Virus record (IMG/VR): IMGVR_UViG_2713896771_000020
Coordinates: 1 to 16,979 of that record
Direction: 5' to 3' (one strand)
DNA length: 16,979 nt
Origin: a virus
Lineage: Duplodnaviria > Heunggongvirae > Uroviricota > Caudoviricetes
Below the pieces are notes generated by a model that saw only the letters and a list, made by a program, of their open reading frames with translations, was not told where the DNA came from and made no database searches. How positions within the stretch are numbered: the stretch's first letter is position 1; each line of letters opens with the position of its first letter. The translations under genes were made by a program, and so were the position numbers. Below are positions 8,141 through 14,660 of the stretch, in pieces.

Positions 8141-8446
8141 TCAGTGAAGCGATCCGGCGTTGTTCTTTTTCATCTCTTCCATCATTTTTTCAGTGAGCAT
8201 TACGCACTGAAAACCCATGTTTTTGATGTCTACGGGTTTCATGCCTTTGTCAGTGGATATCACAGGCAGAATATCCTGATACACATCGCGGTCAGGGTAA
8301 CTAAGCACACAAAGCGCCCATGATGCCACGGGTGAGGATCCTTCGTCTGTTTCAACCCACCAGCCTGGTGTAGCTGCGCTTATTTGCAGAATCGTGATCA
8401 GTCCGTTGTGCTTGTAAAGTTTTTCACCAAATTTTGGTTCGCTCAT
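8141..8446 (-). CDS. Hypothetical 101-aa protein
   Basis: ATG 8444-8446 with GGAGAGGTGG Shine-Dalgarno. ATGA overlap with the upstream gene. No recognisable motif. Confidence 0.5.
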   Translation of the reverse strand: MSEPKFGEKLYKHNGLITILQISAATPGWWVETDEGSSPVASWALCVLSYPDRDVYQDILPVISTDKGMKPVDIKNMGFQCVMLTEKMMEEMKKNNAGSLH

Positions 8447-8694
8447 GATTCCACCTCTCCGGTTTTAACGTTGATGGTTGTTACCTGTTCCGCTTCGGCA
8501 ATCTCCCGTTCTGTCAGCGTGGCAAAGTTTGCCGCCGCCGTGGTCATGAATGCGCTTATCAGGTCGGGATGTTCCTTCGCGTATCCTTCCCGCGTGTGGC
8601 GGTCTATCGTTCTGATTGCCACCTTTAAGGTGTGCTCAGTCATGTCTAACGCTTTATATTTTGGCTCTGTTCTGTCTCTGCGTTTTTGGGTCAT
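8443..8694 (-). CDS. Hypothetical 83-aa protein (start uncertain: 8694, 8724 or 8643)
   Basis: In-frame ORF translationally coupled to the downstream gene. Its upstream region overlaps the iteron array. Confidence 0.4.
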   Translation of the reverse strand: MTQKRRDRTEPKYKALDMTEHTLKVAIRTIDRHTREGYAKEHPDLISAFMTTAAANFATLTEREIAEAEQVTTINVKTGEVES

Positions 8695-8703
8695 TTCTCG
8701 CAA

Positions 8704-8897
8704 CCTCTCACTTTTTCGCCTCACTTTTTCAAGCGTCTCACTTCGTCGCAGCTGGGATTTTCGGTTTTTCTATGTGTGTGTTTCATAAGTATTTTTTTAC
8801 CCCTCACTTTTGAGGATGTATACAGGTCGAAAAGTGAGGGAGAGCAGGCTAATTTTGGCCCTCTTTCTATCCACCTCGCTTTTGCTCCTCACTTTTA
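8704..8897. repeat. Iteron array, putative replication origin of the island
   Basis: CTCACTTTT-type repeats at 8707, 8720, 8737 (degenerate), 8803, 8874 (degenerate) and 8888, plus one inverted copy AAAAGTGAG at 8830-8838. Adjacent AT-rich tract 8783-8800. Lies immediately 3' of the replicase gene. Confidence 0.65.
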
Positions 8898-10295
8898 TAG
8901 CGGCGCTACATCATCCCCATCGATACGAATAACCCCATCTTTTTCCAGCTTGTACAGCCAGCGCCGGAAGTTTTTCATTTCATACCCCAGCTTTTTCATG
9001 TCATCACGTAACAGCGGGATCGTGCACTTGTCGCCGTTCTGTGTGCGTGAACGGATGCACCCCCATAAAGCGGTATGGTTTTCCGTCTTGTTCCCGGCCT
9101 CCTCGATGCGCTCCAGTTCAACAGGAGGGCGCGGATCATCCACCACCACCAGCGACGTGATTAATTCACCGTCAGCGTCGGTAAAAAGCTCCACCACGCG
9201 TAAGTCATATGCGGCTTCTTTGAGTTCCTCCGCGTCCTTCATTTTGGTGCATGAGATAACCAGCGCTTCGCTTCCTGCGTCCTCCCTGCGTATCCGGTAT
9301 TCAGCATCCAGCGAAGCACGAAATGCACTGGAACCGCGCGCGCCTTTCGTCTCATCCTTGCCGGAATGGTGAACCACCAGCACCGTGGCCCCTGTGCGTC
9401 GTTTCAGTTCGTCACAACCACGGATAAACGCCCCCATATCACGGGAATCATTTTCATCATTCCCACCAAAGCAACGCGCCAGCGTATCCAGAATAATCAT
9501 GCGAACAGGTTTACCCGTTTCCCGCTCCACCTGACGGGCAGCGATAACCATTTCATCAACATCAAGCGGGGCAGCCGGAAAGATGGGGCGGTTTACCAGA
9601 TACAGATTTTTCACCTGCTCATCGTGCACAACCTCCCAGGCTTTTACACGACGCGGAACACCTATACCGCCTTCACCAACCACATAGAGAACCGCACCAT
9701 GCGCAACCCTGCGGCCTCCCCACTGGCGACCAGTGGCAACATGGCACGCCCACGATCCGGCAAGGAATGATTTATAGGACCCGCTAGCCCCGTATATGCT
9801 GCATAGCGATACCGCCGGAATAATCCCCTTAACCACGTAATCCAGTTGCGTGTCGTATCCGGTAGATCCAACGCTCATCGGTAGCGTGGTTTTTCGCTGG
9901 TGGTTTTTTTCTTCCGCCGGCTCTTTCCCACGCACCCGTTCCAGGTATTCGCGCCAGTTCTCCCGCATATGGCTGTGCATCCCTTCGGGGTAATAATTCG
10001 CATCAGTTACACCCGCCGCCGCCAGCTTGTGCGCAATGGCATTAATATTTGATGGCCTGATGTGGCCTGCCTTGTACAGCCGGACACAATAGCGCCCCTC
10101 GTCGATGATTCTCAGGTCTGCCAGTTCATCCAGTTGATCATCAGCCAGCACAACGGGAGGCACATTATCGCCAGCCAGTCGCCCGTCCTGTTCCTGCCAC
10201 TGTTTCGCATGTGCCCAGGCATCACTACCCGCAAAAATAATGACTTCGGTCATCTTGTCGTAAGGCTGTTTTTTTAAGTTCGGTGCGCTTTTCAT
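8895..10295 (-). CDS. Primase/replicase-type replication initiator with RecA-like (RepA/AAA_25-type) ATPase domain
   Basis: 466-aa ORF. P-loop-like YGASGSYKS, Walker B MIILDTL, and VVHHSGKD motif typical of RepA-like helicase loaders. ATGA coupling to the upstream gene. Confidence 0.75.
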   Translation of the reverse strand: MKSAPNLKKQPYDKMTEVIIFAGSDAWAHAKQWQEQDGRLAGDNVPPVVLADDQLDELADLRIIDEGRYCVRLYKAGHIRPSNINAIAHKLAAAGVTDANYYPEGMHSHMRENWREYLERVRGKEPAEEKNHQRKTTLPMSVGSTGYDTQLDYVVKGIIPAVSLCSIYGASGSYKSFLAGSWACHVATGRQWGGRRVAHGAVLYVVGEGGIGVPRRVKAWEVVHDEQVKNLYLVNRPIFPAAPLDVDEMVIAARQVERETGKPVRMIILDTLARCFGGNDENDSRDMGAFIRGCDELKRRTGATVLVVHHSGKDETKGARGSSAFRASLDAEYRIRREDAGSEALVISCTKMKDAEELKEAAYDLRVVELFTDADGELITSLVVVDDPRPPVELERIEEAGNKTENHTALWGCIRSRTQNGDKCTIPLLRDDMKKLGYEMKNFRRWLYKLEKDGVIRIDGDDVAPL

Positions 10296-10591
10296 TTCTT
10301 GCCCCTGAATACGTTAAGCATCTTTTTTATTTCCTGAATATTGGCGCGTGCTTTCTCCCTGCTGGTTGGTTTACTGCGGGGCGCTGCCTGTACCAGAGAA
10401 AAATCACGCCGGAACTGATAAACAGGCATCACGCAGTCATATTCGTAGCCTTCACGGCGGTAGGTAATGCGTCGCTCTTCTACACCTTTAATCGTTACGG
10501 TGCCGCCGTACTGGTCGCGGTAAATATCGCCGCGCGTAAATTTAGGGTGAGTGTTGCCACTGGCAGTTAAGCCAGAATATTTAAGTTTCAT
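10292..10591 (-). CDS. Hypothetical 99-aa protein
   Basis: ATG 10589-10591; intact ORF in the same operon directly upstream of the replicase. Confidence 0.5.
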   Translation of the reverse strand: MKLKYSGLTASGNTHPKFTRGDIYRDQYGGTVTIKGVEERRITYRREGYEYDCVMPVYQFRRDFSLVQAAPRSKPTSREKARANIQEIKKMLNVFRGKK

Positions 10592-10596
10592 TATTT

Positions 10597-10830
10597 TTAT
10601 TCTCCGGTGTGCTGTTCTTTATATCTGTCGTGCAATATATCTATTTCTTGCAGTTCCATTATTACAGGATCAAGAAGCGTTATTAATGCCGTGGCAATTC
10701 TTGATTTTTGTTTGTCGCGTTCATTGTCGCCAAGTGTTTCAAGCCATATGCGCAATATTTCCAGCATGTTTTCACTGTGAGAAAGTGCAAGAAATGCGCG
10801 GTCTATTGTTTGGTGGTAAATATCACGCAT
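10597..10830 (-). CDS. Hypothetical 77-aa protein, AT-rich gene
   Basis: ATG 10828-10830 with GAGGA Shine-Dalgarno. Local GC visibly lower than flanking genes. Confidence 0.5.
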   Translation of the reverse strand: MRDIYHQTIDRAFLALSHSENMLEILRIWLETLGDNERDKQKSRIATALITLLDPVIMELQEIDILHDRYKEQHTGE

Positions 10831-11272
10831 GGCTTACATCCTCAGGAAATTTTCTTCTATAACGCGCCTCTGCCACATATTCCGCATAATCGGCGGCGAT
10901 ATTCAGTACATCAAGCCCCGTTGATTTATATTCTCTCGTGGAAAGTAAGAAAAAAGCCGCTCTAATAAGTTCTGGCATTGACGAAAGCGCATCAGCCGCA
11001 TCATCAGGAACGCCGGAAAATTCCTGTTTCAGGGAATTAAAACGATCATCACGCATAACCCCCCCCCCATTTTCACAATCAGCAACAAGAATATTTTTAG
11101 CGTCATTCAGCGACCGCGTTGCGGTGTATCGGATACATTCCAGGGCGAATAGTGTGTATTCTTCCCTTTCTTCCTTTTGTGCAAGCTCTGCTGTGCATTC
11201 AATATCAATAAGCGCGTGCATCAGCGTAGTGAGTGCGGCGGCGGCTGCGTCCGGTGTGGTTTTATTGCACAT
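10823..11272 (-). CDS. Hypothetical 149-aa protein containing a G10 homopolymer tract
   Basis: ATG 11270-11272 with GGAGGGG Shine-Dalgarno. The coding strand carries GGGGGGGGGG (plus-strand C10 at 11059-11068) encoding ENGGGV. Confidence 0.5.
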   Translation of the reverse strand: MCNKTTPDAAAAALTTLMHALIDIECTAELAQKEEREEYTLFALECIRYTATRSLNDAKNILVADCENGGGVMRDDRFNSLKQEFSGVPDDAADALSSMPELIRAAFFLLSTREYKSTGLDVLNIAADYAEYVAEARYRRKFPEDVSHA

Positions 11273-11492
11273 GTACCCCTCCGCATTTTTTTTCGTTAGA
11301 AATAAGCGTTCTTCTTTCCTGTTCATCGATCAGGAATACGCAGACCTCACCGCTAAGGCGTTTAAGTAAGCCGATGATTGCCCCTGATTCGCTGTCGGTC
11401 ATCATGCCTGGGTAATCCTCTGCCAGTGCGCAAATAACTTCGATTTGGTGGGCGCGTTCTACTGCCTGTTGTAGTGTGATTTCCTGGCTCAT
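11262..11492 (-). CDS. Hypothetical 76-aa acidic protein
   Basis: ATG 11490-11492 overlapping the stop of the upstream gene (ATGA). No recognisable motif. Confidence 0.5.
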   Translation of the reverse strand: MSQEITLQQAVERAHQIEVICALAEDYPGMMTDSESGAIIGLLKRLSGEVCVFLIDEQERRTLISNEKKCGGVHVQ

Positions 11493-11689
11493 AAGCCTAC
11501 CCCCTGACGAATACGGGCAGCGAATACCATCACGCAGCCAGCCGGGGATTGCAGGCGTGCTTCCTGTTCGCTGGTGGCCTCAATGGTAATCACGCGCGGT
11601 TGTGCAGTGCTCAGGGCGATAAAACGCCAAATGTATTTATTCAGGTTGTGCGAGTCCCGCCCTTGCGGGTGTGTGGTATGATTTCTCAT
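11489..11689 (-). CDS. Hypothetical 66-aa protein, first gene of the leftward early operon
   Basis: ATG 11687-11689 with GAGGT Shine-Dalgarno (MRNHTTHPQGRDSHNLNKYIWRF...). The ORF-track 381-aa extension upstream is non-coding promoter sequence. Confidence 0.5.
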   Translation of the reverse strand: MRNHTTHPQGRDSHNLNKYIWRFIALSTAQPRVITIEATSEQEARLQSPAGCVMVFAARIRQGVGL

Positions 11690-11885
11690 AGCTACCTCGA
11701 TACTCTCGTTATCGTTGGTGGTTAGAAGCCCCGTTACTGCTCCTACAGTGCGGGGTTTCGTCGTTTCTGCACCTTGCATTAACAAGGTGTAAGTAACTTT
11801 ATTTATAGGTGGCTTACATGTCAATGCTTTTATGTAAGACTTTTTATGTGTATATTGTCTTACACTTTCATTGAGAGGATTACAG
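11690..11885. promoter_or_regulatory. Divergent promoter/operator switch region
   Basis: Minus-strand promoter: perfect -35 TTGACA (11819-11824), 17-nt spacer, -10 TAAAGT (11796-11801). Plus-strand candidate -10 TATATT (11851-11856). Inverted repeats CTTACAT/ATGTAAG (11814-11820 and 11833-11839), TGTAAGAC/GTCTTACA (11834-11841 and 11858-11865), CACCTTG-N6-CAAGGTG (11770-11789). Confidence 0.6.
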
Positions 11886-12191
11886 ATGGCTACAGGTTCA
11901 AAAAACGCAAAATCACAATCACTGACAGCTCGGATCCCGCATGATGTTATTGAAGGCATGGAATCCGTAAAACTGGACGGTGAAAGCAACGCCGGATTCA
12001 TAGTAACCGCCATGCGCGGTGAAATCGCCCGCCGCCAGGCAGAAGGAAGCGGAGAAAACCTCCTGATTTCTTCGCTCAATGCACTGGCGCAGGTGGAAAA
12101 ACTCGGAATCAAAGCCGCCGAGGAGATCGGGCAGCTCGTCACTGTCGCACGTGAAGAACTCCAGCGCCGCAAGACTAAAGAACCAGAGTAA
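11886..12191 (+). CDS. Small ribbon-helix-helix-like DNA-binding protein, candidate island repressor
   Basis: ATG 11886 with GAGAGGA Shine-Dalgarno. N-terminal beta-strand/helix pattern SLTARIPHDVIEGMESVKLDGESNAGFIVTAMRGEIARRQ resembles Arc/CopG-type folds. Divergent from the early operon. Confidence 0.5.
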   Translation: MATGSKNAKSQSLTARIPHDVIEGMESVKLDGESNAGFIVTAMRGEIARRQAEGSGENLLISSLNALAQVEKLGIKAAEEIGQLVTVAREELQRRKTKEPE

Positions 12192-12248
12192 TCACCATCA
12201 GCGCCGTGGTGTAAGGTATTACGGCGCATTGCTATGCAGGACAACACA

Positions 12249-12422
12249 ATGACCGATAAAGAATTGACCAAAACATTATCACCGGCACGGAAAAGACGGC
12301 GCAGAAAGATAGAGCATGAATCAGAAAGATTCGCGCCATGTGCTTTTGCCCTTGAGCAATTCCTTAAAGAGTACAGGGAAAAGCGCTCATTGCAGGTATG
12401 GCAACGAACTGAACCAGACTGA
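12249..12422 (+). CDS. Hypothetical 57-aa basic protein
   Basis: ATG 12249 with AGGA Shine-Dalgarno 7 nt upstream (MTDKELTKTLSPARKRRRRK...). Second gene of the short plus-strand operon. Confidence 0.4.
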   Translation: MTDKELTKTLSPARKRRRRKIEHESERFAPCAFALEQFLKEYREKRSLQVWQRTEPD

Positions 12423-12517
12423 TTGCATTGCCCACCAGCCTGATAGCGGCTATCATCCCCGTGCTTATGTTTGGGATCACATACACAAACGGCGCAGCGG
12501 GTTATCTGTTCAGAAAG

Positions 12518-12545
12518 GCGGCTCCATTTCGGGGCCGCTTTTTTT
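12518..12545 (+). terminator. Rho-independent terminator of the plus-strand regulator operon
   Basis: 8-bp stem GCGGCTCC/GGGGCCGC with one G-U pair and loop ATTTC, followed by T7. A second AU-rich hairpin CTGAAAAAC/GTTTTTCAG lies at 12550-12579. Confidence 0.7.
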
Positions 12546-12691
12546 ATACCTGAAAAACCCCAATTTTGTTGTTTTTCAGTTTCACCAGGGCGAACGAATC
12601 CCCGCCCACGTTCTGGCGTATATTCAATCTTCATGGTTATGGCTCTGTGTTCAGATGATTGATGTGTGGCGGCTGCGTGCCGCCAGCGTGA

Positions 12692-12880
12692 TTAATGAAC
12701 TGCCTTGCAGCTATCCTTCCAGGCCAGAACCTCGGATAAAGACCAGCCAACGGAACGACCGCCAAGTTTACGACGTGATGGGAATTGTCCGGCCTTTTCC
12801 AGGCGGTAGCGGCATGAGCGGCTAAGGCCTGTTAGCTTTTCGCATTCTTTTTCACGTATAAACCGATCAGTGCTTAACAC
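12692..12880 (-). CDS. alpA: AlpA-family (excisionase-like) transcriptional regulator
   Basis: 62-aa protein; core LTGLSRSCRYRLEKAGQFPSRRKLGGRSVGWSLSEVLAWKDS matches the AlpA/Xis-like winged-helix signature. GTG start with GGGGG Shine-Dalgarno. Immediately downstream of int in the same orientation. Confidence 0.85.
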   Translation of the reverse strand: MLSTDRFIREKECEKLTGLSRSCRYRLEKAGQFPSRRKLGGRSVGWSLSEVLAWKDSCKAVH

Positions 12881-13163
12881 TATTGCCCCCTTTCGTTTCT
12901 TAAAGAGTTATTTCGTGTTCTATTGCGTTGGGATGTGTCTGATTGTGTCAGGATGATTCAGAGTTGGCAAATGTTGAGGCCGTATGGTTTACAGAAAGAG
13001 GAATAATCAGGATAAAATCATTTAAATTCATGTTAATACAAAGGCATAAAATATTGTTTCATGCCTTTTTTCTCGCTATTTAAAGAGTGATTCGCTAGTG
13101 TATAAAAAACCAGTAACACATTAAAAATCAGCTACTTATAAATCTGTACACTTTTTCGCCTCT

Positions 13164-13208
13164 TGTTCGTAGTTGTTCCGCATTGTTGCTCATTGTTGCA
13201 CGTTGTAT
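13164..13208 (+). repeat. Four to five direct repeats TTGTT(C/G) at 10-bp spacing
   Basis: TTGTTC at 13164 and 13174, TTGTTG at 13184 and 13194, degenerate TTGTAT at 13203. Same motif and phasing as the arrays at 7011-7036 and 14539-14574. Confidence 0.85.
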
Positions 13209-13221
13209 CTGTTCGCATATC

Positions 13222-13237
13222 CAGTATGCGCATACTG
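13222..13237. promoter_or_regulatory. Perfect 16-bp palindrome CAGTATGCGCATACTG
   Basis: Exact dyad symmetry directly adjacent to the repeat array, in the int-alpA intergenic region. No flanking U-run, so a protein site is more likely than a terminator. Confidence 0.5.
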
Positions 13238-13254
13238 AAAAAATACGAAAAAAA

Positions 13255-14484
13255 TTATTTTCTTCTGGCTACTGGTAGCGTGGTTACGTTTTCATGTGTT
13301 CCCGCCAGTATCCCTAACCGCTCCATCCACATATCCAGCACATTGCGTTTAGCATCCAGATAACGGGAATGATTATAAACTCGCTGCATTCCTGGCATCT
13401 GGTGGCCTGTAAGCTGCTCCACGACATGCGGATCAACGCCTAAATCGTTCAGCATGGTTGTAAAGGTGCGCCGGATGTCATGCAGTGACCAGTGAGGATG
13501 ATTAAGCCTCCTGTGCGCTAATCTTCCATACTGCGATACGCTGGCCTCCTGTTTCACTTCCCCCAGCAATAAGCCCGTGTGCCTGTTCTGCTCCACCAGC
13601 TGCGTGACGAACGGCAGGATCGCTTCCGGTATGGGCCGGAATATTGCGACCTTCGTTTTGCTGTGCTCCTTCGGAACGGTCCATAGCATTTCCGTAAAAT
13701 CCCACTCCCCGATCTCCGATAGCCTCAGTTCTACCGTCCTGGCTCCGAAGACAATCAGGAGGCGGATTAACGCGACGTAGTAAGGGGAAAATATTTTTTT
13801 GTCCAGTGCCTGCAATAATTCGCCAAGTTCTTTGTTACTTAAGACACGTTCGCTTATATCCGGTTTTTTCCCAACGTCCGCCACGTTCAGATCGTCCAGA
13901 ACGTTGCTGATTGCATAGCGCCGCCTACGGCAGAACTTAAGCGCCTGTTTGCACGCCTGTAGCACGAATCCGGCAGTAACAGGCGTTCGCTTTGCCACCT
14001 GGTCAAAACAGGCCAGCCAGTGCCGTAGCTCGCATTTATCCAGCGGCATAGCACCAATCTGCTGTATTACGTGATTATTAAGTCGCCTTTTCAGGGCGAT
14101 ATAATCCACGCGGTTTTCCTTTACGTAATACTCAAGCCAGTAGGTGAGCGCATCGCCAACCGTTACGGGCTTTAACGCTTCCTGTACGGTGTAATTCATC
14201 TCATGACGTGGATTTTTCCCCTCAGCCAGCCATGTGCGACACTGTGCGGCTTTTTCCCTGGCTGCTTTCAGGCTCAGATCAGGATAACTTCCCAGCTTAA
14301 TGCGTTCGGGTCGTGTCTCCCTTCCCGTTCCGGCCCTGTATGTGAAATACCAGGTCAATTTCCCTGATGTTAAATATTTCACGCTCAGGTTTCCGCCATC
14401 ACTATAAAACGTGTTTTTCTCCGCTGGCTTACCATGAAGTTTCCTTAGCAAGGTATCGCTCAGTTTGTTCATTGCTCTGCTCAC
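13255..14484 (-). CDS. int: Tyrosine site-specific integrase (P4-like family)
   Basis: 409-aa ORF; C-terminal catalytic region with HDIRRTF ... LTGHQ ... RVYNHSRY (R, H-x-x-R, Y). GTG start 14482-14484 with AGAGGGGG Shine-Dalgarno; alternative ATG at 14472. Adjacent to the insertion junction. Confidence 0.9.
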   Translation of the reverse strand: MSRAMNKLSDTLLRKLHGKPAEKNTFYSDGGNLSVKYLTSGKLTWYFTYRAGTGRETRPERIKLGSYPDLSLKAAREKAAQCRTWLAEGKNPRHEMNYTVQEALKPVTVGDALTYWLEYYVKENRVDYIALKRRLNNHVIQQIGAMPLDKCELRHWLACFDQVAKRTPVTAGFVLQACKQALKFCRRRRYAISNVLDDLNVADVGKKPDISERVLSNKELGELLQALDKKIFSPYYVALIRLLIVFGARTVELRLSEIGEWDFTEMLWTVPKEHSKTKVAIFRPIPEAILPFVTQLVEQNRHTGLLLGEVKQEASVSQYGRLAHRRLNHPHWSLHDIRRTFTTMLNDLGVDPHVVEQLTGHQMPGMQRVYNHSRYLDAKRNVLDMWMERLGILAGTHENVTTLPVARRK

Positions 14485-14507
14485 GTTTTACCCCCTCTTT
14501 ACGAAAA

Positions 14508-14531
14508 AGTGACTACACCAGTGACTACACC
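14508..14531. repeat. Perfect tandem 12-bp direct repeat AGTGACTACACC x2 in the int promoter region
   Basis: Copies at 14508-14519 and 14520-14531, about 25 bp upstream of the int start codon. Confidence 0.9.
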
Positions 14532-14538
14532 GATCGTT

Positions 14539-14574
14539 GCACAAAGGGCTACAACGTGAAACAAGCTGGAACAA
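14539..14574 (-). repeat. Four 10-bp-phased TTGT repeats upstream of int
   Basis: Plus strand has ACAA at 14541, 14551, 14561 and 14571. Minus strand reads TTGTTC, TTGTTT, TTGTAG, TTGTGC at exact 10-bp intervals. Confidence 0.8.
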
Positions 14575-14660
14575 GGAAAATCACAAATCTGTTGATAATC
14601 AAAAACATAATGCACAGCCTGAAACATTATGAAACAGCAAAAAACACTAAATGATAAAAT

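Larger units (their letters stand above)
1..14660. mobile_element. Integrated phage satellite, capsid-forming PICI-like (int-alpA-switch-replicase/ori-ssb-HK97 head and packaging module); right end at the tqsA junction, left end beyond position 1
   Basis: Gene content and order from the ORF translations: integrase and AlpA at one end, replicase plus iterons, HK97-type capsid/protease/portal/terminase/HNH, and no tail or lysis genes. Abrupt change to host sequence (tqsA, pntB) at ~14,660. Confidence 0.75.

Noticed and set aside
8704-8897. CRISPR array
   Set aside because: The repeats here and at 7011-7036, 13164-13208 and 14539-14574 are 6-12 bp units with 1-4 bp spacers or irregular spacing. 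They are not 25-40 bp repeats separated by unique spacers, and there are no cas genes.
8686-9372. 228-aa plus-strand ORF
   Set aside because: Antisense to the replicase gene and the iteron array; Ser-rich low-complexity translation.
11489-12634. 381-aa minus-strand ORF spanning the switch region and running antisense to the plus-strand regulator genes
   Set aside because: Low-complexity Ser/Arg/Cys-rich translation that runs through both promoters and a terminator. Only its last 66 codons (11489-11689) have a Shine-Dalgarno-preceded ATG and look genuine.
13163-13363. 66-aa plus-strand ORF
   Set aside because: Overlaps the integrase 3' end antisense and the repeat/palindrome region; no ribosome-binding site.
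1-14660. P4-like satellite or complete but defective prophage
   Set aside because: P4-type satellites lack capsid, portal and terminase genes, which are present here. A prophage would carry tail and lysis modules, which are absent, and the head genes look intact and not decayed.
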